This document shows, piece after piece, positions 1 to 10,229 of a stretch of DNA of 64,000 bases (the stretch's first letter is position 1; the number at the start of each line of letters is the position of its first letter). The DNA comes from Candidatus Krumholzibacteriia bacterium (GTDB lineage Bacteria; Krumholzibacteriota; Krumholzibacteriia; WVZY01; JAKEHA01). Location: positions 1-64,000 of the forward strand of contig JAOUHG010000017.1 in NCBI GenBank assembly GCA_029865265.1, read 5' to 3'. The translations under genes and the position numbers were made by a program. Under the pieces are notes generated by a model. It did no database searches. It saw only the letters and a program-made list of their open reading frames with translations, and was not told the origin of the DNA.

Positions 1-238
1 TGTCCTTGCTCGACGCCTCCTCGACGACGAACTTGTCCTCCGGGCTGCGACCGGTGTACTTCCCCGTCTCGGCGCACATCGGGCCGTCGGCCGCGATGAG
101 CCCCTCGCCGTTCATCACGAACTCCTCGTAGAGGGTCGCCGGCGTTGCGTTCCACATCACGCCGCCCAGGTTGGTCAGGCCGACGGCGTCAAGGCCGACC
201 TTCGGCGTGAACTCGCTGTTAGACATCGGAACCTCCAT
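1..238 (-). CDS. pckA: phosphoenolpyruvate carboxykinase (ATP), N-terminal fragment; the gene continues past the window start
   Basis: Minus-strand translation MEVPMSNSEFTPKVGLDAVGLTNLGGV...TGKYTGRSPEDKFVV matches the PckA N-terminus including the GRSP(K/E)DK phosphate-binding region. AAGGA and GGAGG RBS-like sequences sit upstream of the two candidate ATGs (238 and 226). Confidence 0.8.
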   Translation of the reverse strand, partial: MEVPMSNSEFTPKVGLDAVGLTNLGGVMWNATPATLYEEFVMNGEGLIAADGPMCAETGKYTGRSPEDKFVVEEASSKD

Positions 239-398
239 TTTGTCCTTTTATTGAAATTCGTCCCGCACGGTGCAGCCCTCCGGCGGTTCACGAAAGAACC
301 GGTTATGTGTCGGGATTTCAGGCGGATACTAGCGTATACCGCGGCTGCGTGCCACTGGCTTTTGGGCGGGTTGTCCCGCCGGGGCCCAGCGGGCGCCG

Positions 399-3300
399 TC
401 AGCGCACGCGCACCCGGTACGTGATGACGCCCGCCTGCCCCGGCGCCAGGTAGAACGGCGCGTTCCTGGAGAAGAGCACGCGCAGCGTGTGATCCAGCGG
501 GGTGAACTGGGCCTCGTCCGCGTCACCCGGGTCGAAGGTGAGGAAGACGGGAGCGCCCGCAGGCGGCTGCCAGCGCAGGTCGAGCCCGGCGCCAAAAGCA
601 TCCGGCTCCACGTCCAACCACTGCGAGACCGGGTCGATCAGAACCACGTTGGCCAGGCTGTCCGCGCCGACGTTGGCCAGCCGAACCGCGTACGTGATCA
701 CGTCGCCCGGCAGAGCATCGGTGCGGTCGAGTGACTTCTCGATCGAGAGCTTACCAAAACCCGGCGTCACCAGAATCGCGTCGCCGGCGGTAGCGGTGAG
801 AACGAGCGGCGTCCCCGAAACGGTCTGGGTGACGGTGATTGTGAACGTGGCGGTGGCACCCGGCAACGCTCCCGCGGGCACGAACACGCGCAGGATCAGG
901 TTGAGCACGCCACCGCCCGGGCCGGCGGGATCGAGGTCGCCGTCTGCCGGCACCAGGGGACGATCCGCTCCGTCCACGAGCCCGTTGCCGTTCACATCGA
1001 CGTACCACACACGCGTGAATGCCGAGTCACCCGCGGCAACGATGTCCGCGTGGCCCGCGGTGCGCGCATCCACACGGTGCGCGAAGTCCACCGCCCCGCC
1101 CGCCGGACCGCTGATCGTGCCGCCGTTGGTAATGGTGATGACCCCGACGTCCGCAAAGTTCACCGTGATGCTGTCGCCGGACGCCACCACCCCGGTCGAC
1201 ACGATGTCGGGCGTTAGCGACGCGAAACCGGAGGGGTTCTGTTCGGCAACAACAAGGCTGTCGGAGTGCACGAGCATCCTGTAGGTGCCGTCGCCGAGCG
1301 TTACCACGGCCGTGCCGCTGCGATTCTCCCGCACCAGCACGCCGCCGAGCCCCACGTCGCCGGCACCGAATACGCCATCGTGGTTGCGGTCGTCAAAGAC
1401 GGTTCCGCGCACCAGTGCGCGCGTCTCCGTGGTGAGCGCCGCGCTCTCGGCCAGGTTGGGCGGCCGGCTGGAAACGGCGTCGATGATGGCCACGTGGGCG
1501 CCGTTCGCGGAGACCGGTACGTCCACCCTGACGATGTAGTTGATGGACTGGCCCGGGTTGAGCAGGCGGCTCCAGAACGGCGCCGTGTGCGTCACCAGCG
1601 AATCGCCGACGGTAATGCTGCTGGCCGCCCAGCCCGCCGGAGGGGTCCACTGCACGCGGAATGAGTCCGGGAACGAACCGGCGTTGCGCAGGGCCAGCGC
1701 CGCCGTGAATACCGAGCCCGGCGCCGCACCGCGTATCGAACGCCCGCCCAGCCCGGTTCCGGCGGCGCCGAACACACCAAAGCCGTTGCCGTCGATGGCG
1801 TAATCGGGGCGCGGGGGGCCCACGACGCTTATGCGCGCGGCCAGACTCTCGAACGAGCCCGGACTGCTCTGCGAGGTGATGTCGAGGATGTACTGGAATG
1901 AGGCGATGCTCTCGCCCGCCGGAACCGTCACGCTGAACGTGTAGAGCCGCACCGCGCCGGCGGGAATGCTCCCGGTAACGAACGGCGAGGGTGATCCGTT
2001 GAAACGCGCGGTCCACGCGGGAATGGCGTTCCATTGCACGCGATACGAGTCCGCGCTGGGCCCGTGGTTCTGCAGCTCCACGGTGTAATTGAGTGTCGCG
2101 GGCGCCGGCGTGATCTGGAGTGAACTTCCGCCCGCGCCGCTGCCGATGGCGCCGAACACGTTGTGCCCGTTGCCGTCGATCAGGCCGTCGACGATCGCGG
2201 GCGGTACTACCACCAGGCGCCCGGTCACACTGTCCAGCAGGAACTGCTTGCTGTTCTTGCGGGCGTTCACGATGACATCGAAGGTGCCGCCCATCGAACC
2301 GGCGGGCACGATTACGCGGAGCGGGTATGTGCCCGCCGGAATGTTGGTCAGCGGCAGGTAGCCGCCGTTGAAGGTGACGTCCCAGCCCGCGGGAGCGGTC
2401 CAGGTGACGTCGAATCCGTTGGTGCCCGAGACATTCCGGATTTCAACCTGGTAGATCACGGTCGCGCCGGGGTTGACCGTCCGCACCGACGTGCCGCCCA
2501 GCCCGGTGTTGATGGGACCGTAGATGGCGGCGCCCTGGCCGTCGATCAGCACGTCCATCTCGTTGGCGCTCGCCACGCTGACCGAGGCCGACACGCTCTC
2601 CGTGACCACGGACGCCACCCGGGACGCGGCGTTCAGGATCGACTGGTAGGTTCCGAACGCGGCGGCCGCGGGAATCTGGATGCGCAAGGTGTAGAACGCC
2701 TGCGCGCCGCCGGCGATGGTCGGGGTAACCGTGGGCAACGCACGGTTGACGCCGTTGATGGTGATGGTCGCCGTCCACCCGGCGGCGGGAGGCGTCCACG
2801 AGAGCGAGAAGGAATCCGCGAGCGCACTCTCGTTCTGCACGGTGATGGGAAATGTCACCGTGGCGCCGCGCTCGCCGGCGTTCGAACTGCCGCCGCCGGC
2901 ACCGGTGCCGCTGGCGCCGTACACGTCGTTGCCGTTGGCGGAGATGATCATGTCGACGCGCGGTTCCAGCAGGCGAAGGATGCCGTGCACGGAGTCGAGC
3001 TTGTTGGCGTCCACCGTGGAGGCCGCGGTGAGGTAGAGGTCGTAGTCGTCCCCGCGGTTGGGCGACGGCACCTGCATCTGCAGCGTCATGGCCGCGCTGC
3101 CGCCCGCCGGGATACTGAGGGTCGTAAACGAGCCCGTGTACGTGGTGCCGTTGTAGACCACCGACGCGGCCAGACCCGCATCGCTGGTAAACGACACCGT
3201 GTACGCGCCCGCCGCGGTGCCGGTGTTCTTGAGCTGCAGTGCGAACGTGGCGGGAACGCCCCACGCGGATGTCTTCAAACCAAAGCCGCCCGCACCGCCG

Positions 3301-4358
3301 GGACCCACCGCACCCACGCCGTTGCCGTCGATGGTGAGGTCCGCGCCGTAGGTGGCGGCGGTCACGATGGCGCGCAGGCGCGCACTGTCCACGCGGCTGG
3401 ACTGCGCGGTGCTCTGCGCGTTGACGACCGTGTCATAGGTGCCCGCCGCGGTCCCCGGCGGTACGCGCACGCGCACCTTGTAGGTCACCGACGCGCCCGG
3501 CGCCAGCGAAGGCATGACGTACGGGAGCGCCTGCGTGGTTGCCCCGATTTTCAACCAGGCCGTCCAGCCCGCTGGCAACGTCGATGTGAGCCGGTAGGTG
3601 TCCGCCACCGTCCCCTCGTTCTCGATGCGCAGGTCATAAGTAAGGGTATCGCCGGCAATCGCGCTCCGGGTCGAGAGACCGCCGTTGCCGCTCCCCAGCG
3701 CGCCAAACACGTCGTCGCCGTTGCCGTCTACCGCCAGGTCGACCCACATGCGGTAGATCAGCGACACGTCGTCCACGTAGGTCCACGTCTCGTAGAGGTT
3801 GTCGAACAGGTTGGCCTGCTCGAAGTACAGCCGGACGGTCTGGCCGGCGTAGGCAATCACATCGTGCGACACCGGCAGCACGTTGTCGTCGCTGAGCCAG
3901 CCGCTGTCCTTGTAGATGTCGTTCCACTCGCTGAATGCGTACAGCAGCACGCGGCGCAGCACCGTGTTGCTGGTGGAACGGATGTCCGCGTAGAACGGGT
4001 CGTAGTAGTCGCTATCGTAGCCCTGCATGCGGATCTTGAAGTTGAGCACCGCGCTGGACACGCCGGCCGGGATGCTGACCGTCTGGTACATGTACGCGTG
4101 CGTGTCCGTTATCTGACCCACGTACTTGAAACCGAGCAGCGCCGAATAGCTGCCCGAGTACGGCATGTCCGGCTGCACCGAGTGGTCGGCGTAGGTCGCG
4201 TTGTTGGTGCCGCCGCGGAAGGCGCCGTGCACCCACGAGGAGCCAAACGTGCCCGTCTCGAAGCCGCCGTTGACCACCAGCTCCCCGGCCAGGGAAGCAA
4301 CCGGGAGCGTGAGCGCGACCAGCGCCGTCAGGATGCAGAACAGAAGGCGCTTCATCAC
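399..4358 (-). CDS. giant secreted repeat protein (1319 aa): N-terminal CBM4_9-like NGGFETG domain, six modules each beginning with a glycine-rich DGNGxxVFGAxGxGxGG motif followed by DUF11/CARDB-like β-sandwich units, one SdrD/Cna-B-like domain (GTVFDDRNHDGVFGAGDVGLGGVLV)
   Basis: Long ORF with signal peptide MMKRLLFCILTALVALTLPVASLAGE. Periodic repeat architecture seen directly. Its start (GTG 4358 / ATG 4355) overlaps the stop of the upstream gene (TGATG). The C-terminal ...VITYRVRVR segment resembles the C-termini of the 898-aa and 161-aa proteins of the same operon. Confidence 0.8.
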   Translation of the reverse strand: MMKRLLFCILTALVALTLPVASLAGELVVNGGFETGTFGSSWVHGAFRGGTNNATYADHSVQPDMPYSGSYSALLGFKYVGQITDTHAYMYQTVSIPAGVSSAVLNFKIRMQGYDSDYYDPFYADIRSTSNTVLRRVLLYAFSEWNDIYKDSGWLSDDNVLPVSHDVIAYAGQTVRLYFEQANLFDNLYETWTYVDDVSLIYRMWVDLAVDGNGDDVFGALGSGNGGLSTRSAIAGDTLTYDLRIENEGTVADTYRLTSTLPAGWTAWLKIGATTQALPYVMPSLAPGASVTYKVRVRVPPGTAAGTYDTVVNAQSTAQSSRVDSARLRAIVTAATYGADLTIDGNGVGAVGPGGAGGFGLKTSAWGVPATFALQLKNTGTAAGAYTVSFTSDAGLAASVVYNGTTYTGSFTTLSIPAGGSAAMTLQMQVPSPNRGDDYDLYLTAASTVDANKLDSVHGILRLLEPRVDMIISANGNDVYGASGTGAGGGSSNAGERGATVTFPITVQNESALADSFSLSWTPPAAGWTATITINGVNRALPTVTPTIAGGAQAFYTLRIQIPAAAAFGTYQSILNAASRVASVVTESVSASVSVASANEMDVLIDGQGAAIYGPINTGLGGTSVRTVNPGATVIYQVEIRNVSGTNGFDVTWTAPAGWDVTFNGGYLPLTNIPAGTYPLRVIVPAGSMGGTFDVIVNARKNSKQFLLDSVTGRLVVVPPAIVDGLIDGNGHNVFGAIGSGAGGSSLQITPAPATLNYTVELQNHGPSADSYRVQWNAIPAWTARFNGSPSPFVTGSIPAGAVRLYTFSVTVPAGESIASFQYILDITSQSSPGSFESLAARISVVGPPRPDYAIDGNGFGVFGAAGTGLGGRSIRGAAPGSVFTAALALRNAGSFPDSFRVQWTPPAGWAASSITVGDSLVTHTAPFWSRLLNPGQSINYIVRVDVPVSANGAHVAIIDAVSSRPPNLAESAALTTETRALVRGTVFDDRNHDGVFGAGDVGLGGVLVRENRSGTAVVTLGDGTYRMLVHSDSLVVAEQNPSGFASLTPDIVSTGVVASGDSITVNFADVGVITITNGGTISGPAGGAVDFAHRVDARTAGHADIVAAGDSAFTRVWYVDVNGNGLVDGADRPLVPADGDLDPAGPGGGVLNLILRVFVPAGALPGATATFTITVTQTVSGTPLVLTATAGDAILVTPGFGKLSIEKSLDRTDALPGDVITYAVRLANVGADSLANVVLIDPVSQWLDVEPDAFGAGLDLRWQPPAGAPVFLTFDPGDADEAQFTPLDHTLRVLFSRNAPFYLAPGQAGVITYRVRVR

Positions 4359-7300
4359 TTCAACCTCTCAAAGTCGGAGAGCATCCAGTCCGACAGGATC
4401 ATCTGGATGCGAATGCCGAATCCGTCGCTCCACGCGTCGGTCCCCGTGATGTCGGGATCATTGAAGCCGTTCGCGCTGTAGCCGGCGGCGAGACGCACCG
4501 AACGGTACACCATGCGGCCGATCTCGATGCCCGCCCCCGACTGCGACGATCCGCCGCCGCGCAGCACCACCGTGCGGCCCCACAGGTCGAGGTCCCACCC
4601 GCGGCCGAAGTGCCATATGTACTGCGCGAGCGCGAGATCGGTGTTGGTGTGTAGCGACACGCCGTAGCTCCAGTCCTCCACGTGCTTGTACGCATACTTG
4701 AGGCGCACCTCGTGCTCGGGATTGAACAGCATGTTCACGTCGGCCGACCCCACCACGCGCCAGCGAATCGCGTCCGGATCCACCGGCGTGTAGCGGTCGT
4801 AGTAGCTCTTGACCATGGCCAGCGACTGCAACGGCGCGTACGGCGAGCGGTAGGTGCCAGCCAGCGTGGTGTAGCACTGCGTGCCGTCCCGGTTCTGCGC
4901 CGCGCTGTTGAGCGCGAGGATGTTCTTGGCCAGCCAGGCAAACCCCCCGCCCAGTTGCTGCGCGGCGGCGATGCGCAGCAGGTGCTTGTCGCCGGGGCGT
5001 TCCCAGCGGTACTCGTACCCGCCGTCGACAAAGTAGCGCCCCGGCCGGCGCGCACTCAGCCCGGTGGTGAGGGATACGTACTCCTCGTCGCGGCGGCCTG
5101 AGAGCGAACTGAATGTCTCGATTCCGAGGGTGGCGCCGGTGTAGCGCCCCAGCGTGAGCGGCTGCCGGATTCCGCTCACCGCGCCCATGCGCGCGTCGCC
5201 CGCCGCGCGGTCCAGGGCGTAGCGCGTGTACGCCTGCGTGCCGCCCGCGGTGGTACCCTCGAGTCCCGCCGTCACCTGGTTGGTGGTGGAGCGCCCGGTC
5301 GCGGTGAGGTACTCGTGCGTGACCACCGCGCGGAAGCGCTGCGAGAGCGGCACGCCCAGGGTGGTGCGCAGGCGGTTCGGATAGTCGTCCACGATCTCGT
5401 TGCCGAGGTTCTGCTCCCACGTGGTCGCGAGGCCCGTGCCGCTACGGCTTCCCAGCGCGACCCCCAGCAGGGACAGCAACCCCTGGCTGTCGTCCTGCGG
5501 CTGGTCGTGTCGCGCCAGGCGCAGACCCGCGGACATTTCCACCAGCCGGCGTCGATAGTCCACGGTGGAGCGCAGTGTGCCACGGCGCTCGCCGGTGCGC
5601 TGCAACTCGTGCGAGTATCCGTCGGCGTTGAGTGCGAGCGCGCCGCGTCCCGCGAGGCGGCCCTCGAACCCTGCCTTGAGGCTCGCCAGTTCGCTGTCGG
5701 AGCCGCGGAACGACGGGTTGGAGAAGTCGCCGTCGACGCGGCGCAGGTACACGTCGAGCTTCGACATGCCGCGCTGTCCGCCCGCGCTCATCTTGAACGC
5801 GTTGCCGCTCCCGGTGAGGTCGTCCTCGCTGCGTGCAAACTCGCCCGCCAGGCGGAAACCGTGCATGCGCGCCTCCCCATCCACGCCGTACAGCGCGTAG
5901 CCCGGCGCATCGCCCGCGTTGGCAACCGCCGTGACGCCCGCGCGGTAGCGGTTGCCGCGCACCACGTCGCCGCGCGCACCAAACATGTACACGTCGGCGG
6001 CGCCGGTTTCGGTTTCGTAGGTCACCACGATGACGTTGGGATTGAGATCGCGATCCGTCACCGCCACCGGCTCCATAAACAGGATGGATCCGTCGTACGG
6101 GTTGATGATGTAGTCCCGGCGCCGCATCATCACCCGCGCCTCCAGCACCTTCTCGGACTGGTAACGCTGGCGCGTTTCTACGATCACCCGCTCGGAGTTC
6201 TCCACCAGCGGCGCGGCCGACAGGTAGTAGAACCCGCTGGTGCCGTCCGCGGGAATGTCGTCGGTGCGCGTCACCAGATCGGTCTGCGTGAGGAAGGCCC
6301 GGAACTGGTTGGGACCGTCCACCGCGCCGCCAGACAATCCCGTCACCACCTGGTGGTAGGTGAGGAACTCGCCCCGGTCGATGGGGGTCTGGAAGTCCGA
6401 GTAGCGCAGGAACGACTGGCCACGATCCAGCGAGACGTAGTTGCCGCCGCGCGCCGGCGCCGCGTACTGCACGGTGGATGCGTCGCCGTAGATCGGGTAC
6501 TGCTTCTCCGGGTCGGGCTGCTTGCGCAGCGGGTCGTCGTAGCGCTTGCGCGTGTCGAGCCGCGCGGTCACGCGCACCCCGCCCGGTGCCGCACCCTGCA
6601 CGAACGCGCGCGCTTCCGCCTCGGCGTCGAACCCGTCGCGGTAGTTCTCCACCCCGTCGCCGCTGCCCTCGCCGTGGGTGTGATACGCGCCCATCTTGAC
6701 GTCGACGATACCGGTGGCAAGCAACGGCCGTTGCGGGTTGACGAAGGCCACCTCGATCTGCGCGCGCATCCCGCTGGACTCCACCGCCACGCGACCGGCA
6801 CCGGTCTGGTGGCGCGGTCGCAACGGCACCGCGATGATTCCCTCGCGCGTGGCGACCTGCAGCCCGCGCTGCTCGGGCCGCGCGTCTTGCGCCGTGGTCA
6901 GGTCCGCACCCTCCACCACATCCACGATGAAGCCGTCCATCACCGGCAGGCCGAATCCGTCCCGTACCGCGAAGCGCAGCGTCGCCGTCGAACGTCCGTC
7001 GGCGGCGATCAGCGTGTTGTTATCCAGCGGCACGATCTCCGCGGGTTTCGTGGACAGCGCCACGCGCACGGTGTCCGTCGCCTCGCCGCCGCGTAGCAAC
7101 GACGCGCGTACCACGATCACGTTCCATCCCCCGCGCAAACGCACGCCGTACCACGTGGTGGTTTCCTCCTGGTGCGCAACGTCCACCGTCCGCTGCCCCA
7201 CCCGCTCCTCACCGATGGACTCGCCGTCGACAAGGAGCGACACGCGGCTTCCCAGCGGGTGGCGTGCGTGCACCGAAACCTGGTCGCGATCCACCGCAAC

Positions 7301-10123
7301 GAAGCCGTTGAGCGGGTCGAGGATGGAGACGACCCCCTCGTGCGGCGCCGGCGCGGGGTCTCCCGGGGGCACCAGCGGGGCGGGCGGTGCCGTACCCGCC
7401 GCGGACGCGGGAACCCGTTCCGTCCAGGTGGCGGCCTGCACCTGCGCGATGCTCGTGCGCGAGTCGCGGGGCGCGATGGTGATGGTGCGCCGCGTCGAAT
7501 CGGACGGCGCGGCGGCGTCATCCAGCCGCACGACGGCCGCGATGTCGCGGATCAACTGGGTATCCGCCTCCGCCACCATGAACGCAACCACGCAATCGAC
7601 GCTGCTCCCGCGCGCGAGTTCGTCGATGACGAACTCGCCGCCGGTTTCCGTTACCGGCACGCCGTCCAGCGTCACACCCACGCGCGCCACCTTCAGCGCG
7701 GCCGGAATGCTCAGGCGCAGGACCGCGCTCTGCGCGCGCTCCGAGGTGGTGGTGAGCCCCCAGCGCACCGTCGCACCCACCGAGTCGGGCAGTTCGGAAA
7801 GATCACGAATGGCCGTACCGATGCGCAGCGCGGGGTCGAGCGAGTTATTGGCGGGCGGGATCACGCTCACGTCGACGCGGCGATTCATGCCCCTGCCATC
7901 GGCGGTAGCGTTGCTGGCGATGGGCCGCGTGTCGCCGTAGCCAAGCACCAGGAAGCGCGACGTGGGAACGCCCATCGAAACCAGCACGTCGCGCACCGCC
8001 TCCGCGCGCGCCTCCGAGAGCTCCTGGTTGGACGCGAACGGGCCGGAACGCACGGGCAGGTTGTCGGTATGTCCCTCGACCAGCGCCGTGAACCCCGGAT
8101 GATCGACGAGAAACAGCGCCACCGGCAGCAGCTGGGAGCGCGCGCCAAACAGCAGTGTCGCCTTGCCCAGCGCGAACTGCGAACTGGGCAGGGTGAAGGT
8201 GGGGCCGGTGCGGGGGCGCGGCACCACGGTCACGTGCTCTTCGCACACCAGCGACGCGGTGCGCGCCACCGGCGGGACCACCGGCCTGCGCAGCGGGAAG
8301 GCCACGCGCACGTGCGCCGGCGCAATCAGGTGTACGAGGCGTTCGTTGGGGCGCTGCACGTGCGATTCCGTGACCGGCGGGCGCACCAGCTCGGTGCCCG
8401 CGGGGAGCGTGCTCTCGTCCAGCCGCACCACGCGCCAGCCCTCGAACACGTGGGGAATGGAGAACACGCCCGCGGAGTCGGTCACCGCGTACTCGCCGCT
8501 CTCGAGGTAGACAGACACGTTGCCCGCGCCGGCTTCGCCCTCGTCGCGGCGGCCGTCCTCGTTGTCGTCGATCCACACGTCGCCCAGCACGAATCCCTCG
8601 ATCCCGATTTCCTCGTTGTCGATGCGGATCGCCGCCACCACCTGGCCGGTGCGTGCGCTTCCACCGGTCTGCGCCTGGCCCGCGGCGATGCCCGCCACCC
8701 GCGCCCAGCCCTTGGACTCGCGGCTGTTCACGACAAACTTGATCGCGGTGCTCTTCGATTCACCGGGTGCAAGCGTGCCCACCGCCCAGGCGAGCTGGCC
8801 GCCGGACTGCGTCACACCGGTCCCCGCGACAAAGTCGAGCGCCGCGGGCGCGTCTTCCGAGACGACCACCTGGTCCACGCGCACCGAGTCGGTGCGGTTG
8901 CTGGCGGTGACGACCATGGTGACCACTTCGCCCAGCGAACCCGTGGCCTGACGGAAGGTCTGCTCCAGGCCGAGCATGGCGTACGCATCGGGCGCCCGTT
9001 CCACGGTCATCTCGCCGCGCACGCTGTTCACCGCGTTGGTGTCGGCCCGCGACTGCGCGCTGAACAGGACACTCGTCATCGGCCCCATCACTACCCGCAG
9101 CGGCGTGCCGGGGCTCGCCACCACCAGCCGCACCAGGCGCACCTCACCGGCCGCCAGTGCACCGATGCTGAAGCGGCCGGGCCGCGGCGACGCCGGATAC
9201 TGCACGCCGGCCGAATCCGTGCACGCGAGGGTTACACCGGGCGGCAACACGACGCCGTTGGCCAGGAAGACCTCCACGCTGTCCGCGTTGCCGGCGTTCT
9301 CGACGTCGGCACTGAACGCCACCGATTCGTCGTACAGGCCCACGGCCGCGCCGATCGCGTCGTCGGGTGATCCCTCGCCGCCGGGAAGCGCGCGCGGATT
9401 GCCGGCGGGCCCGATGAACACCAGCGCGGGCCCCGCCAGGCTGGTGACACTCACCACGGTCGCGTCGGTGGTTGGCGCAAGGAGCTTGCGCCGCGCGAGC
9501 GGCGCATTGGGATCCACCGCCGACGTGGCGCGCAACTCGACAAATGCGGTTCCCCTGCTCGATGCCGGCACCACGATGCCCACGTCCACCGGTGTCGACA
9601 TGCCCGCGAGCAGCGAGAGGAATGCCGGGTCGTTCTCTCCCGGGTCAAAGCGCCCGTTGCTGTTGCCGTCGAAGAAGAAGATCACGCCCGGCGTCACGAA
9701 CGACGACGGCGGAAGATTGGCCGCGGCCATCGACGCGGAGTCGGGCGCGTTGCCCAGGTTGTCCAGCGTGAGCCGGCAGTAGACGGTGTCACCGGGAGCG
9801 GCGGAAAGCTGGAACGCCGGCGCCGCCACTGTGCCCCCGGGCCCGACACGCAGCAGATACGTCTCCAGCACGCGCGTGTTGACGCTGTTGGACAGCGAAA
9901 AGTCGTTCGCGGAGGCGTTCGTGTAGTCGGCGGTGGCGGTGTTGACGACGTTGGTGCCGGCCGGGGTTACCTGGGCGCGTGCGGCGGACCACGGCACCAG
10001 CGGGGTCAGAACGGCGAGGATAGAAACGGCGTAAGCGGTTGCCTTCAAACGAAAAACGGCGAGCCCCGCCGCCGCTGTTTCTGGCGTCTTCCGCCTGCGA
10101 TTCTGCCCCTCGTTGCACTTCAT
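4355..10123 (-). CDS. giant envelope protein (~1923 aa): signal peptide, DUF11/CARDB-like repeats, Cna-B/SdrD-like domain, INTERNAL OmpA-C-like peptidoglycan-binding domain, Ig/BIG-like region, and a ~780-aa Tyr/Trp/Gly-rich C-terminal region of possible β-barrel character
   Basis: OmpA-C signature ...LVEGHTDNLPVRSGPFASNQELSEARAEAVRDVL...GYGDTRPIASNATADGRGMNRRVDV seen mid-protein. Probable start ATG 10123 (MKCNEG...; an alternative TTG gives MKATAYAVSILAVLTPLVPWSAARA-QV). The track ORF extends to 10258. The mature N-terminus AQVTPAGTNVVNTATADY parallels that of the 898-aa protein. Confidence 0.75.
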   Translation of the reverse strand: MKCNEGQNRRRKTPETAAAGLAVFRLKATAYAVSILAVLTPLVPWSAARAQVTPAGTNVVNTATADYTNASANDFSLSNSVNTRVLETYLLRVGPGGTVAAPAFQLSAAPGDTVYCRLTLDNLGNAPDSASMAAANLPPSSFVTPGVIFFFDGNSNGRFDPGENDPAFLSLLAGMSTPVDVGIVVPASSRGTAFVELRATSAVDPNAPLARRKLLAPTTDATVVSVTSLAGPALVFIGPAGNPRALPGGEGSPDDAIGAAVGLYDESVAFSADVENAGNADSVEVFLANGVVLPPGVTLACTDSAGVQYPASPRPGRFSIGALAAGEVRLVRLVVASPGTPLRVVMGPMTSVLFSAQSRADTNAVNSVRGEMTVERAPDAYAMLGLEQTFRQATGSLGEVVTMVVTASNRTDSVRVDQVVVSEDAPAALDFVAGTGVTQSGGQLAWAVGTLAPGESKSTAIKFVVNSRESKGWARVAGIAAGQAQTGGSARTGQVVAAIRIDNEEIGIEGFVLGDVWIDDNEDGRRDEGEAGAGNVSVYLESGEYAVTDSAGVFSIPHVFEGWRVVRLDESTLPAGTELVRPPVTESHVQRPNERLVHLIAPAHVRVAFPLRRPVVPPVARTASLVCEEHVTVVPRPRTGPTFTLPSSQFALGKATLLFGARSQLLPVALFLVDHPGFTALVEGHTDNLPVRSGPFASNQELSEARAEAVRDVLVSMGVPTSRFLVLGYGDTRPIASNATADGRGMNRRVDVSVIPPANNSLDPALRIGTAIRDLSELPDSVGATVRWGLTTTSERAQSAVLRLSIPAALKVARVGVTLDGVPVTETGGEFVIDELARGSSVDCVVAFMVAEADTQLIRDIAAVVRLDDAAAPSDSTRRTITIAPRDSRTSIAQVQAATWTERVPASAAGTAPPAPLVPPGDPAPAPHEGVVSILDPLNGFVAVDRDQVSVHARHPLGSRVSLLVDGESIGEERVGQRTVDVAHQEETTTWYGVRLRGGWNVIVVRASLLRGGEATDTVRVALSTKPAEIVPLDNNTLIAADGRSTATLRFAVRDGFGLPVMDGFIVDVVEGADLTTAQDARPEQRGLQVATREGIIAVPLRPRHQTGAGRVAVESSGMRAQIEVAFVNPQRPLLATGIVDVKMGAYHTHGEGSGDGVENYRDGFDAEAEARAFVQGAAPGGVRVTARLDTRKRYDDPLRKQPDPEKQYPIYGDASTVQYAAPARGGNYVSLDRGQSFLRYSDFQTPIDRGEFLTYHQVVTGLSGGAVDGPNQFRAFLTQTDLVTRTDDIPADGTSGFYYLSAAPLVENSERVIVETRQRYQSEKVLEARVMMRRRDYIINPYDGSILFMEPVAVTDRDLNPNVIVVTYETETGAADVYMFGARGDVVRGNRYRAGVTAVANAGDAPGYALYGVDGEARMHGFRLAGEFARSEDDLTGSGNAFKMSAGGQRGMSKLDVYLRRVDGDFSNPSFRGSDSELASLKAGFEGRLAGRGALALNADGYSHELQRTGERRGTLRSTVDYRRRLVEMSAGLRLARHDQPQDDSQGLLSLLGVALGSRSGTGLATTWEQNLGNEIVDDYPNRLRTTLGVPLSQRFRAVVTHEYLTATGRSTTNQVTAGLEGTTAGGTQAYTRYALDRAAGDARMGAVSGIRQPLTLGRYTGATLGIETFSSLSGRRDEEYVSLTTGLSARRPGRYFVDGGYEYRWERPGDKHLLRIAAAQQLGGGFAWLAKNILALNSAAQNRDGTQCYTTLAGTYRSPYAPLQSLAMVKSYYDRYTPVDPDAIRWRVVGSADVNMLFNPEHEVRLKYAYKHVEDWSYGVSLHTNTDLALAQYIWHFGRGWDLDLWGRTVVLRGGGSSQSGAGIEIGRMVYRSVRLAAGYSANGFNDPDITGTDAWSDGFGIRIQMILSDWMLSDFERLK

Positions 10124-10229
10124 CTCTAGTAACGCGTTTCGGCCGCCGCACGCGGGGGAGCCTGGAAGGCTCCACCCGCGTACGCGACCGAGTAAGAAGA
10201 CCGCTTTCTTATGAAAAGCGTCCGATTGT

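Noticed and set aside
2163-4481. 772-aa plus-strand ORF, and many similar long ORFs antisense to real genes (e.g. 5315..7096, 7172..9370, 11163..13757, 14898..16304, 16343..17680, 17554..19023, 19057..20451, 20474..21424, 23316..24572, 27454..29835, 32698..34338, 36004..37329, 38057..39928, 44770..46014, 47733..49949, 50232..51815, 53471..55726, 58003..59664, 62590..63687)
   Set aside because: Their translations are Arg/Gly/Ala/His-rich low-complexity strings typical of stop-codon-poor antisense frames in high-GC DNA. Each lies opposite a gene with clear family motifs.
8500-9000. The ~780-aa C-terminal region of the 1923-aa protein as a definite outer-membrane β-barrel
   Set aside because: It is rich in alternating aromatic residues but ends in ...SDFERLK with no terminal aromatic β-signal, so the barrel call is only a hypothesis.
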